Shown here in pieces: positions 30,908 through 41,186 of a stretch of DNA of 64,000 nucleotides. Position 1 is the first letter of the stretch. Each line of letters begins with the position of its first letter. The position numbers and the translations under genes were made by a program. The DNA lies in IMG/VR virus record IMGVR_UViG_3300045988_179014, positions 280,890-344,889 of that record, one strand, 5' to 3'. The notes under the pieces were generated by a model, which was not told where the DNA came from, ran no database searches, and saw nothing but the letters and a program-made list of their open reading frames with translations. The stretch is from a virus.

Positions 30908-32065
30908 TTATGATGACGTATCAATGTATGGCGCAAAATCCAAATCACTAAGCTCTAATCTCAAGGACAAAGGAAGTTCGCAGTCCTGTTTTGAGAGAGC
31001 AATGATTAACTCCTGTAATTTGGTAGAATCGCACAACGTCTTTACAATAGATTTTTTCTCGTGACTACCATTTTGACAATCTCTTAAATAAGACAAAAGC
31101 TCGCTGAAGTTCTCACTTCCCAATTTGAAATACAGATAAGCAAATATACCAAAAATTGGCAATACAGACCGTCCCATATGACGGCTATGAAGAATGACAA
31201 ACTGGGTTCGGTCAAGAATTGCTTGAAAATCTTCCGCCTCAGCCTGAGTCATAGCACAAATCAACTCGGATACAGTGAAAATTTCCCCGTTGTTTTCAAA
31301 TTTCATTACAAATTGGTATTCAACAAGAGGGACGTTTTTCTTAACCCGCTCCAAATGAAGCAAACGAAGGGATTCATGGGTCTTATACCAGTCACAATCC
31401 ATTATGGTCTTGATTTGATGGGATGTATAACCAATCATCTCTTGCTGTTCTTCATGCGACAAATGTATGAAAACACGCAAACCGGTTCTATAATCAATTC
31501 CTGTATTGACAGGGTGTTTTCGGGCTAGTAAGTGCAAGTTCTCCAATATATGGGGAGTTACCGGGTATTTGCATATGTAATATTTAAAATCTGGGCACAA
31601 CCACTCATATGACAAACCACTATCACTTTCAATCACATGTGCAGGGTGGCGTAATGATTGTTGTGTTACCCATTCAGGCACATATATATTGTGTTTTCTG
31701 AAATACAGGAAATTCTTCAAGTGATTTCGTCGTTTCTGTTTATGAGGATGGTCACAAATCAACCTCAAATTTTTTATATCTTCTTCAGTTTCAAACTGAG
31801 GTAGATGGGGATGACGACACAGCTCTTTATAGTTATCGTGAAACCGCAAAAAATTAAAGTCTTCTTTCAATGTATTTAATTGCTGTTCAGATAAAGCATC
31901 ATGTGGCAAAACCAAAAAACCTGGAAGTACGAAGCTTGAATCAAAATCGTATATTTCAGCGTTCCAAGTAATAGCGATTCGTTTTGAGTCGTTGGGAGAA
32001 TGAGGCGATTGTGCTACCAAAGGTGACATTGGATGCTGACAATTCATGAAGTACTTTCCTTGCAA
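30908..32065 (-). CDS. Tandem paralog family member 8 (385 aa)
   Basis: It has the family blocks LICDHPHKQKRRNHL, ICKYPVTPHILENLHLL, LSHEEQQEMIGYTSHQIK and ELPLSLRLELSDLDF. Confidence 0.8.
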   Translation of the reverse strand: MQGKYFMNCQHPMSPLVAQSPHSPNDSKRIAITWNAEIYDFDSSFVLPGFLVLPHDALSEQQLNTLKEDFNFLRFHDNYKELCRHPHLPQFETEEDIKNLRLICDHPHKQKRRNHLKNFLYFRKHNIYVPEWVTQQSLRHPAHVIESDSGLSYEWLCPDFKYYICKYPVTPHILENLHLLARKHPVNTGIDYRTGLRVFIHLSHEEQQEMIGYTSHQIKTIMDCDWYKTHESLRLLHLERVKKNVPLVEYQFVMKFENNGEIFTVSELICAMTQAEAEDFQAILDRTQFVILHSRHMGRSVLPIFGIFAYLYFKLGSENFSELLSYLRDCQNGSHEKKSIVKTLCDSTKLQELIIALSKQDCELPLSLRLELSDLDFAPYIDTSS

Positions 32066-32099
32066 CTAGGCCATTTACAGGATTGAAAAACGACATTAC

Positions 32100-33194
32100 T
32101 CACTTGGTACACAATTCTCCGTCCAAATCATAGAGTTCAAGCTTTAACGACAATGGTAGCTCACAATCCTGTTTCGAGAGCGTAATGATTGACTCCTGAA
32201 ACTTGGTAGAATTACACAACATTTTTACAATAGAGTCCCCGTTTTTACAACTACTGCTTGGGTAATCCCGCAAGTAGTACAGTAGCTCTTCGAAATTCGC
32301 AGCACCAAGTTGAAAATACAAATAAACGAATGGGCTAATTTGACCTGATGATATGTAGACATCCTCGGGAACAACGAATTGAGTTTTTTCAAAAATCCTC
32401 TGAAAACACTCTGCCTCATTCAGCGTCATTGAAGAAATTGTCATTGTTGCACTATATATTTTGCTGTCACATTCAAATTTTATAACAAGCGAATAATCTG
32501 AAATAGGCAGATTATTTCTCACCCGCTCCAAGTAAAGTGTCTGCCAATGTGGGTGAGCCTCATCCCAACCACATTCCATTACATTTTTGATTTGCTCAGG
32601 TGTGTAGGAATGAACTATCTCGCTTTGCTCTTCTTGCGACAGCCTCAGGAACGCCCCTCGTACAATATTGCTACGATACATCTTTATATTTAGATGCTCT
32701 TTTTTAGCGAGTAGATGCAAGTTTTCTAATGTGTGTGGATTGACTGTTTTTAAACGTACCAAGAAATTAAATTCCCTCAATAACCAATAGGCCAACGACT
32801 CATTCTCCATTTCAATCATGAAAGGAGCTTGGCACTCATTGGATGAGGACAAGGATTGTTTAGTCATCCATTCTGGTACGTAAATTCCATAGTGCCGCAA
32901 ATACAGGAATTGCTTTAAGTGGTCAAATTGTTCCCACGAATCATTATGGTCACAAATCAGTCTCAGCGACCTGACATCTTCGTCATTATCGAGACGCAAA
33001 TGAAACATACGTCCATGACTATAATGAAAATCCCGCAGCTCTGTCATAGAATCCGTCAAGATGTTAAGTTGTGTTTCTGACAAACCATCCTGCGGTAATA
33101 CTATCCCTTGATAGTTTGTGTCTTTAGCATCAAAATTCCGAACCTTGTCATCATAGAAAGGAATGAGGATTAAACTGGAACTAGGTGACAGCAA
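32100..33194 (-). CDS. Tandem paralog family member 9 (364 aa)
   Basis: It has the family blocks LICDHNDSWEQ, NPHTLENLHLL, LSQEEQSEIVHSYT and ELPLSLKLELYDLD. Confidence 0.8.
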   Translation of the reverse strand: MLSPSSSLILIPFYDDKVRNFDAKDTNYQGIVLPQDGLSETQLNILTDSMTELRDFHYSHGRMFHLRLDNDEDVRSLRLICDHNDSWEQFDHLKQFLYLRHYGIYVPEWMTKQSLSSSNECQAPFMIEMENESLAYWLLREFNFLVRLKTVNPHTLENLHLLAKKEHLNIKMYRSNIVRGAFLRLSQEEQSEIVHSYTPEQIKNVMECGWDEAHPHWQTLYLERVRNNLPISDYSLVIKFECDSKIYSATMTISSMTLNEAECFQRIFEKTQFVVPEDVYISSGQISPFVYLYFQLGAANFEELLYYLRDYPSSSCKNGDSIVKMLCNSTKFQESIITLSKQDCELPLSLKLELYDLDGELCTK

Positions 33195-33233
33195 AACACT
33201 ACTCCTTTACCCTATTGACTCAATGACATCAGC

Positions 33234-34385
33234 TCAAAACTCATACTGTAGAGCACAAGATTGCTCCATGTACGGGTTCCAGTCAAAACCGCTGAATGTC
33301 AACCTCAAAGACAATGGTAGCTCACAATGCTGCTTTGATGCAACAATGATTCGCTCTTGTGCTTCATAATAGTCATACAACACTTTGACAAGAGACCTTT
33401 TTCGCCTGTTGTTGCTTTCACAATCTTTCAAGTAATACAGTAGTTCTTCAAAATTTGTGCTACCCAGTTCAAGATATAGATAGACGAACAACCCAAAAAC
33501 TGATGATGTTGACATTGAATAATAACTATTAGGAACAACAAATTGGGTTCTGTCCAAAATTGTTTGGAAATTGTTTGCTTCATCTAACATCATTGCATGA
33601 GCCAGTTGTTGTATACTGGATATTTTCCCTTTGGATTCAAATTGCATTACGAATTGGTGCTCAACAAGTGGAAGGTTCTTCTTCACTCGTTCCAAATGAA
33701 GTGAAGATAAATTCGCATGGTGGATATACCAGTCACAATCCATTATGGCCTTGATTTGATGAGGTGTATAACCAATCATCTCTTTCTGTTCTTCATGTGA
33801 CAAATACATGAAGACATCACAAACAGCCATATGGCTAATTTCCACATTGGGGTGTCTTTTAGCTAGTAGGTGCAAGTTCTCCAATATATGAGGAACTACG
33901 GGGTATTCGCATATGTAATAATTAAAATCTGGCAGCAGTCCATATGGTAAATCGCTATCAGTTTTAATCATAAATGCGGCTTGGCGTGTAGCTAGTAATG
34001 ATTGTTGTGTCACCCATTCAGACACATATATACCATGTTGCCTGAAATACAGGAAATGCCTCAAATGCCGCAATCGTTTATCCTTGTAAGAGTGGTCACA
34101 AATCAATCTCAATACTTTGACGTCTTCTTCGGTGTCAAGACGTAGATGCGGTGTATGAAAATGTTCATCCTCGTACAACAAATCCTGTAACGCAGAAACA
34201 TCTTCTTTCAGCGTGGTCAATTGCTGTTCAGATAAAGCTCCATGTGGTATGACCAAACCTGGAAGTATGAAACTTGAATCGAAATCGTATATTTCAGCAT
34301 TCAAGGCCACAATGATTCGTTTTGGGCTACTGGTCGAACGAGATGGTTGTGATGCGAAAGGATGTATTAGATGTTTATTATACAT
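33234..34385 (-). CDS. Tandem paralog family member 10 (383 aa)
   Basis: It has the family blocks LICDHSYKDKRLRHL, ICEYPVVPHILENLHLL, YLYLELGSTNFEELLYYL and ELPLSLRLTFSGFDWN. Confidence 0.8.
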   Translation of the reverse strand: MYNKHLIHPFASQPSRSTSSPKRIIVALNAEIYDFDSSFILPGLVIPHGALSEQQLTTLKEDVSALQDLLYEDEHFHTPHLRLDTEEDVKVLRLICDHSYKDKRLRHLRHFLYFRQHGIYVSEWVTQQSLLATRQAAFMIKTDSDLPYGLLPDFNYYICEYPVVPHILENLHLLAKRHPNVEISHMAVCDVFMYLSHEEQKEMIGYTPHQIKAIMDCDWYIHHANLSSLHLERVKKNLPLVEHQFVMQFESKGKISSIQQLAHAMMLDEANNFQTILDRTQFVVPNSYYSMSTSSVFGLFVYLYLELGSTNFEELLYYLKDCESNNRRKRSLVKVLYDYYEAQERIIVASKQHCELPLSLRLTFSGFDWNPYMEQSCALQYEF

Positions 34386-34439
34386 GATGCTGTATTCTCA
34401 CTGCCGTTAAAAGATTCTTGAAATTAAAGCTGGCATTAT

Positions 34440-35534
34440 TCAACTTGGACATAATTCTTCATCCAACACGCTGAGTGCCAAACTCAGAGACAGAGGTAGT
34501 TCATAAGCCTGTTTCGAAAATGCAATAATTGACTCTTGCAACTCACGTGAATCACATAATGTTTTTACAGCAGACTTGTTTTCCTTAGCATCATTTTTGC
34601 AATCTCTCAAGTAATAAAGTAGTTCTTCGAAATTTGTACTACCAAGTTGAAAGTACAAATAAATGAATGAACTAATTCGGTCTGATGACATGTAGATATC
34701 CTCTGGGACAACAAATTCAGTTCGGTCTAGGATTGCTTGGAAGTTTTCTGCCTCGTCTAGTGTCATCGCACGAATTGGTATTGCGGTATTTTGGATTCTT
34801 CCGTTAAAATTATTTTTCACAATAAATGGGTACCTTACAATGGGAATGTTCTTCTTGACTCTCTCCAAGTGAAGAGATTGCAGACGTGTACGATGTGCAT
34901 ACCACCCATACTCCATTACTGCTTTAATTTGAGCTGCTGTGTAAGAACTGACCATTTCTTCTTGTTCTTCTTGAGACAAATAAACGAAGACCTGTAGGAT
35001 TCCGCCATAATCCAGGTCCATTTCTGGATATTCCGGATATTTGGAAACAAGGGCGTGCAGATTCATCAATGAATATGGATTAATTTGGCACCGACATATT
35101 GTGTAATTGAAGTCTTCCAAGAACGATTCCATCAAACTCTGGTTTCCAATTTTAGGCATAAATGGAGTTCGTTGTGTGGTAGCGAAGAGCAATGATTGCA
35201 GTGTCACCCATGCAGGAAGGTACACACCATGCTGTCGCAAATACAAAAACTGGTTTAAGTAATCCAATCGTTTTCTTGAATCACAATGGTCACAAATCAA
35301 CCTTAGAGACTTGATGTCTTCGTCATTATCAAGACGCAGCTGAGGAATATGACAGTGTCTATCATATAATAACCGTAATTCTGCCATAGAGTCTTTCAAA
35401 ACGGCAAGTTGTGATTCCGATAAAGCCCCATATGGTACTACTACCCCACAAATAGTTGAATCCTCGGACTCTAAACATCGAATTTCGTTATACAATGTGA
35501 CAAGGATTAGAGGAGGATTGGACAAATCCATCAT
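34440..35534 (-). CDS. Tandem paralog family member 11 (364 aa)
   Basis: It has the family blocks LICDHCDSRKR, NPYSLMNLHAL, LSQEEQEEMVSSYT and YELPLSLSLALSVLD. Confidence 0.8.
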   Translation of the reverse strand: MMDLSNPPLILVTLYNEIRCLESEDSTICGVVVPYGALSESQLAVLKDSMAELRLLYDRHCHIPQLRLDNDEDIKSLRLICDHCDSRKRLDYLNQFLYLRQHGVYLPAWVTLQSLLFATTQRTPFMPKIGNQSLMESFLEDFNYTICRCQINPYSLMNLHALVSKYPEYPEMDLDYGGILQVFVYLSQEEQEEMVSSYTAAQIKAVMEYGWYAHRTRLQSLHLERVKKNIPIVRYPFIVKNNFNGRIQNTAIPIRAMTLDEAENFQAILDRTEFVVPEDIYMSSDRISSFIYLYFQLGSTNFEELLYYLRDCKNDAKENKSAVKTLCDSRELQESIIAFSKQAYELPLSLSLALSVLDEELCPS

Positions 35535-35592
35535 AATGGTCTTTCGTCTTCATCAAGTTGATAGCATAATAATAGTACAGAGATAGAACTGA

Positions 35593-36717
35593 TTATTCCA
35601 CAGAATCCCAGTCCAAATCATAGAGTACCAATCTCAAAGACAGTGGTAACTCATCTTCTTGGTTTGGGGCAGGAACAATCAATTCTTGCAGTTGAGGGGA
35701 ATCATATAGTGTTTTCACAATAGACTCTTCCTTCTCGCTGTTATACTGGCAGTCTTGTAAATACTGTAGCAGTTCTTCAAAATCCGTGCTACCCAGTGTG
35801 AGGTAGAAGTAAACGAACAGCCCAAAAAGTTCATCAGAGAACATGTAAGAAATATTTGAGAAGATATATTTGGTTCGATTCAGGATTGCCTGAAAATCTT
35901 CTGACTCCTCCAATGTCATGGCACGAGCTGATTTTGATACATCAGATACTCCCCATATTGATGTGAATCGAAGAATAAAAGGATAGTTAACAATGGGAAG
36001 ATTCCGCTTCACCCGGTCAAAATGAAGTGACGACAGAAGCGCATGATGTATGTACCAATCACAATCCGTTATAGCTCTAACTTGGTCTGAAGTGTAAGAA
36101 TGCATGATTCTTTCTTGTTCACCCTCAGATAGTGTTGCAAACACCTTTAAAGCGCTAATGTAATTAATCTTTATGTTGGGGCGATTCTTGGCTAACCAGT
36201 GTATATTCTCCAATATGTTGGGACTAACAGAAGACTTGCACACTATATGATTAAAATTCATGCCAAACGAGTGTATTGAGCCAACATGACTGATTCCAAC
36301 CATAAACAGCTCCCAATCCACAGCCAACAAAGACTCTTGCGTGAGCTGCTCTGAGACACGGATTCCATGCTGTCTTAAATATAGAAACTGCTTTAGATGT
36401 TCCACCCTGTTTCGTGAACACTTATGGTCACAAATCAATCCCAGCACTTTTATGTCTTCTTCACCATCAAAACGCAGTTGAGGAATATGACAATGTTGGT
36501 TGTGTAAGGGACGTGATAACCAGACATCCTTTTTCAACACGGTTAATTGCCGTTTGGACAAAGCATTCTTCGGTATGACCAAACCGCGAATGACAGAGAC
36601 CTCAGAATCGAAGTCTACCACATCACCGTCCAATGTGACCATTATTGAACCAGAATTCAATATTTTCTTCATAATGCATATTCCCTTGTTTTCATTGATT
36701 GGATAGTTCAAGTTCAT
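35593..36717 (-). CDS. Tandem paralog family member 12 (374 aa)
   Basis: It has the family blocks VTLDGDVVDFDS, LICDHKCSRNR, LSEGEQERIMHSYT, YFYLTLGSTDFEELLQYL and ELPLSLRLVLYDLDW. Confidence 0.8.
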   Translation of the reverse strand: MNLNYPINENKGICIMKKILNSGSIMVTLDGDVVDFDSEVSVIRGLVIPKNALSKRQLTVLKKDVWLSRPLHNQHCHIPQLRFDGEEDIKVLGLICDHKCSRNRVEHLKQFLYLRQHGIRVSEQLTQESLLAVDWELFMVGISHVGSIHSFGMNFNHIVCKSSVSPNILENIHWLAKNRPNIKINYISALKVFATLSEGEQERIMHSYTSDQVRAITDCDWYIHHALLSSLHFDRVKRNLPIVNYPFILRFTSIWGVSDVSKSARAMTLEESEDFQAILNRTKYIFSNISYMFSDELFGLFVYFYLTLGSTDFEELLQYLQDCQYNSEKEESIVKTLYDSPQLQELIVPAPNQEDELPLSLRLVLYDLDWDSVE

Positions 36718-36733
36718 ACTATAGTACGAAAAC

Positions 36734-37832
36734 TATCCTATATATGAATCCCAGTCCAAATCATAGAGTTCAAGTTTCAACGACAATGGTAATTGAGGGT
36801 TCTCCTCTGAAATGGAAACAATCATTTCTTGTAGTTCGAAAGAATTGCACAATAAGCTCACAATAGCTCCTTGTTGATTACGAGAATAGTTTTGCAGGTA
36901 TTGCAGCAATTCTTCAAAATCTGTACTACCAAGTCTGAGATACCAATAAACCAGTGAACAAAAAGGTTATTGGATGTCCGATACATTTCATCTGTAACCA
37001 CGAACTTGGTTCTCTTCATAATCGCACAATAATCATGAATCTCGTTTGATGTCATGGCGCGAACCGACTTGTATACGTTAAATGCTCTTGTTGTAGATGT
37101 GAGCCTTATAACAAAAGTGTATACAACAATAGGAAGATTCTTCTTAACTCGCTCTAAATGAAGAGAACGAAGGGATTCATGACCTCTGTACCAATCACAG
37201 TTTAAGACGGCTTTAATTTGGTTTGATGTATAGGAGTACACCACTTCTTCTTGTTCTTCTTGTGACATCCATATGAAGATTTTCAGAATACCATCATAGT
37301 TGTTCTTTATGTTGAAATGTTTCTTACCTAGTAGATAGATGTTTGTCCAAGTGTGAGGATTTATGGAATGCACACAAATGTAGTAATTGAAACTCCCCAG
37401 AAAAGAACTCATTGATTCGTTGCCCCCAATTTTAAACATGAACGGGGTCTGGTGAGAATTTGACAATGACTCTCGTGCCAACCATTCTGGTACATGAATA
37501 CCATGTTGCCTAAAAATCAGAAATTGCTCTAAATGAGACACACGTTTTTGAGACTGAACATGGTCACAAATCAACTTCAAAACCTTTATCTCTTCTTCCG
37601 ATTCAAGGCATAGTTGAGATTTGCGTTGATGATGCATTTCATATTGAGTTCTTCTTAATTGGGCAACGTTGTCTCTCAGCGTTGACAACTGTTCTTCTGA
37701 CAAAACGTCTTTTGGTAGAACTATGCCACAGGGTATAACCTCAGAATCAAAATCCAAAACTTCACCGTCTAATGTGACAATAATTTGGTTTGAACAGGAA
37801 GACTTCAAGTTAGCATTAAGGTGATTACTCAT
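36734..37832 (-). pseudogene. Tandem paralog family member 13, disrupted by a frameshift at an A5/T5 run
   Basis: The N-terminal 290 aa are in the listed ORF 36858..37832. The conserved C-terminus (VYWYLRLGSTDFEELLQYL...LPLSLKLELYDLDWDSYIG) continues in another frame down to the stop at 36734-36736. The frame switch lies at the caaaaag run near 36950-36960. Confidence 0.7.
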
Positions 37833-38997
37833 AACTATTGGCCTTTAACACAGTTGAAATTCGACGCCTTCGGGAGAAAGAAGATGAGTCCCATTCCAGC
37901 CCACTGAGAACCAACCTCAAGGACAGTGGCAATTCACGATTCTGCTTTGAAACATCAATAATCGACTTTTTCATTTCTGAAGAATTGCACAACAGCGTTT
38001 TTATGAGAGTCTCCTTTTCGGAATGCTCGCAATTTTGTATATACTGAACCAATTCCTCAAAATCCGTACTGCCCAATTTCAGATAATAGTAAAACAACAC
38101 ACCAAATATTTCTTCAGGCGTTGTATCAATACTCTCCGGAACGGCAAATTCAGTTCGGTTTAGAATGGATTGGAAGTCATCTGCTTCATCCAACGTCATA
38201 GCCATAATAGAGATTTTAGCGTCGTACACCTTTCTTTTGGAGGAGTACCTTATAATAAATGAGGAACGAACAACTGGGGTATTTGCTCTGACTCGGTCCA
38301 GATGTAGATTTTTGAGAAGGGCGTCATCCAAGTACCATGAACTCCCCATTATTGCCATAATTTGGTCGAATGTATAGTAATTGATTATGGTCTCTTGTTC
38401 ATCTTGCGTCAAACAAAGAAACATTCGTAAAATAGCATCATAGTTTATCACCATATTCGGATATTTCTGTACCAACAAATATACGTTTTCCATAGAATAT
38501 GGATTTATTGACATATGGCATACCCAATCCTCAAAATTCTCTATAGGACTAGAACCTGTCGTACTGATTTACACTATGAATGGAACAATGGTGAATGCTC
38601 CTTGGTCCCAATAATAGTGAAAATCTGACAATGATTGTTTAGTCATTGTCTCAGATAAATATATGCCGTGTTGACGAAGATAAACAAAATATTCCAAATG
38701 AATAGCACACTCTACTAGGAATGGGTGGTCGCAAATCAGGCCTAAGACCTTTACGTCCTCATCGCTAAGTTTTAAATGACGAGTATGTATATGAATTGAC
38801 CGATGAAATGTACCAGGTAATAGTTTTAGGCATCTTGTCAACATAGACAGTTGAGTTTTGGAAAGAGCATTGTTTGGCAGTACTAGACCAGGAATCATCA
38901 GTTCCGAGTCAAAATCTAGGACCTCCCCATCTAACGTGACAATAATTTGACCCGAGCTAGAACTTTTTAACGCTATACTACTTGAATCATGACACAT
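37825..38997 (-). pseudogene. Tandem paralog family member 14, interrupted by an in-frame TAA
   Basis: ORFs 38569..38997 (N-terminal part, ...VPFIV*) and 37825..38514 (C-terminal part starting MSINPYSMENVYLLVQ) are in the same frame. They are separated by a TAA at 38566-38568. The neighbouring copy reads VPFIVDVSKNGS...DWVCDKAINPYSVENLYLL across that point. Confidence 0.7.
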
Positions 38998-39028
38998 AGT
39001 TACCTCTTAATGCAGTTCACAATTGTAT

Positions 39029-40180
39029 TCATAATGTTTGACAAGAAGGATACGAGTTCCAATCCAATCCATTGAGAGCAAATCTCAAGGATAATGGCAA
39101 TTCACGATTTTGATTCGCAGCCAACAAGATAGATTCTTGCAACTCAGAGGAATTACGTAATAGAGCTTTTATGAAGCCTTTTGCAGAATCATTTTGTGCA
39201 TACTGTATTAATTCTTTAAAATCTGTAGCACCCAATTTCAAGTAATAGTAAAATAATACATTGAAAATTCTCGGAGATGATACAAGAATGTTCTCTGGAA
39301 TGACGAACTGGGTTTGGTCCATAATATTTTGAAACACAGTGGCCTCATCCAACGTCATAGCCCGCAGGAAGCGCTTAGTTTTATGCATTTCGCCTTTTGA
39401 TGTATGTCTCATAATAAATGGAAAACGAACAATAGGTGTATTTGCTTTGACACGTTCCATATGAAAGGTCTTAATAAGTGCATCATCTAAATACCATGTA
39501 CTGCTCATTAGTGCCATAATTTGGTCGAGTGTATAATCATTGATGATGTTTTCTTGTTCCTCTCGTGACAAACACAGGAACATTTTTAAAACTACATCAT
39601 AATTTATTTTAATATTTGAAGACTTCTGTACCAGCAAATACAGATTTTCCACCGAGTACGGGTTTATTGCTTTATCACATACCCAATCTTTAAAGCTCCC
39701 TATTGACAAGGAGCCGTTCTTGCTAACATCAACTATGAATGGAACAGCACTAAAGAGCCCTTGTTCCCAATAATGGGGGAAATCGGACAAGGACCGCTTT
39801 GTCACCTCTTTTGACAGGTAAATATCATGCTGGCGGAAATAAACAAAATATTCCAAGTGAATCGCAGAATCCCATTTTGACGGATGTTCGCAAATCAATT
39901 TTAGAACCTCCACATCCTCATCATTGCAGTGTAAAGGATTAGTATGAAGATGCTCTGATTCGCGAAATGTCCATGGTAAAGACTTAAAGCATTTTGTTAA
40001 CATAAGCAATTGATTCTCAGAGAAAGCGTCACTGGGCAGGACCAAGCCTTTCTTCCCATCCAATGCAGGAGAAAACGAACTAACATCCCCATCTAATGAA
40101 ACAAAAATTCTAGACTGGTGACCTTGTTCAGTAGCCTGATGCATGCCTCTCCTCGTGCTATGTTGACATTTTGTTCTCAA
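39029..40180 (-). CDS. Tandem paralog family member 15 (383 aa), first full-length copy of the array
   Basis: It has the family blocks VSLDGDVSSFSP, LICEHPSKWD, NPYSVENLYLLVQ and ELPLSLRFALNGLDWN. A 300-bp AT-rich region upstream is the probable array promoter. Confidence 0.8.
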   Translation of the reverse strand: MRTKCQHSTRRGMHQATEQGHQSRIFVSLDGDVSSFSPALDGKKGLVLPSDAFSENQLLMLTKCFKSLPWTFRESEHLHTNPLHCNDEDVEVLKLICEHPSKWDSAIHLEYFVYFRQHDIYLSKEVTKRSLSDFPHYWEQGLFSAVPFIVDVSKNGSLSIGSFKDWVCDKAINPYSVENLYLLVQKSSNIKINYDVVLKMFLCLSREEQENIINDYTLDQIMALMSSTWYLDDALIKTFHMERVKANTPIVRFPFIMRHTSKGEMHKTKRFLRAMTLDEATVFQNIMDQTQFVIPENILVSSPRIFNVLFYYYLKLGATDFKELIQYAQNDSAKGFIKALLRNSSELQESILLAANQNRELPLSLRFALNGLDWNSYPSCQTL

Positions 40181-40481
40181 TTATAGCACTTGAGTATCAA
40201 ATACACCAGATATCCGACATACGAGCAACATTAAACAACAAGTGGAAGACCGTACAACAATACACCCATGGAGAATCCAAACACACTAACTCTATTATAA
40301 GAGCCATAGATAGAGTGAACAGTGCAGTAATCTTCAACTACTTAAGAGATTAGGTTCATTCTGTTTGATGCAGTTAAGTTAATTATAATTGTACAAACTA
40401 GTAGCCTAAGCAATACAATTAATTACAGGACCAATATGACATTGACGATTCTAGTGACACAATGGTTCACCAATTCAAAAG

Positions 40482-41186
40482 CTACTCAACAATGTCGTCT
40501 ATGAGATGCATGTTCAATGAGAACGCCAAGCTCCATGGAAGCCCTTCAGATGCTTGTTCAATCGCTTTGACCCGCTTCAATCCCTCTCCAGGTGCGAACA
40601 TCTGTTTTACAATGAGACCAGGATAGGTTTCTCCAGCATTTTCCACAGCAAGCATACCTTGGAAAAAGTCTTCCAACTGGTCGTATTCTATTCCAATATG
40701 CAACAAAACCAGAATGATTTCCTGAACATCAAACTGATTCGCCACTGGACAACAAGGCTTGTATCTTTGTGTCACATTGTGGATTATGTCTCGTTCCGTC
40801 TCTGTGAACACAGAACGCAACTGAACCTTTGTGGACGGCCTGAACGGTATTCTGAAGTACACTATAGTAGATTCATGATAAGGCATTAACCCTTGATTAA
40901 TTACTCTGTCAAAATGAATCTCAAACGCTTCTTGATTATTTTTCCACCAAGCGTTGTCCAATAATGCCATCAATTGTGTTGTTGACAATTCAGAACCCCA
41001 TTGTCTGTAATCAACCCAAGGAGAATCGCTCAACCGAAACGCCATTTCATGCATTCGATATAAGTTAATGGGCCTATCACACCGAGTCTTCAACCAATCA
41101 AAAGCCGCTTCTGCATCCAATAATTGTTGTAAATCGTTTACTCTACCTGAAACTTGGTTGTAATCAAAAGAATAATTCGTCAACAT
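40482..41186 (-). CDS. Short divergent family member (234 aa) corresponding to the C-terminal two-thirds of the paralog family
   Basis: It aligns block-wise from the NPY..ENLY region onward: RPINLYRMHEMA, LSTTQLMALLDNAWW, HFDRV and VLLHIGIEYDQLEDFF. Its C-terminal variant is EGLPWSLAFSLNMHLIDD. Confidence 0.6.
   Translation of the reverse strand: MLTNYSFDYNQVSGRVNDLQQLLDAEAAFDWLKTRCDRPINLYRMHEMAFRLSDSPWVDYRQWGSELSTTQLMALLDNAWWKNNQEAFEIHFDRVINQGLMPYHESTIVYFRIPFRPSTKVQLRSVFTETERDIIHNVTQRYKPCCPVANQFDVQEIILVLLHIGIEYDQLEDFFQGMLAVENAGETYPGLIVKQMFAPGEGLKRVKAIEQASEGLPWSLAFSLNMHLIDDIVE

Noticed and set aside
22256-41186. Regular roughly 1.15-kb periodic repeats might be taken for a CRISPR-like or other non-coding tandem array.
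   Set aside because: The repeat unit is a full protein-coding gene with SD sites and conserved amino-acid blocks. No short direct repeats with unique spacers are present anywhere in the window.
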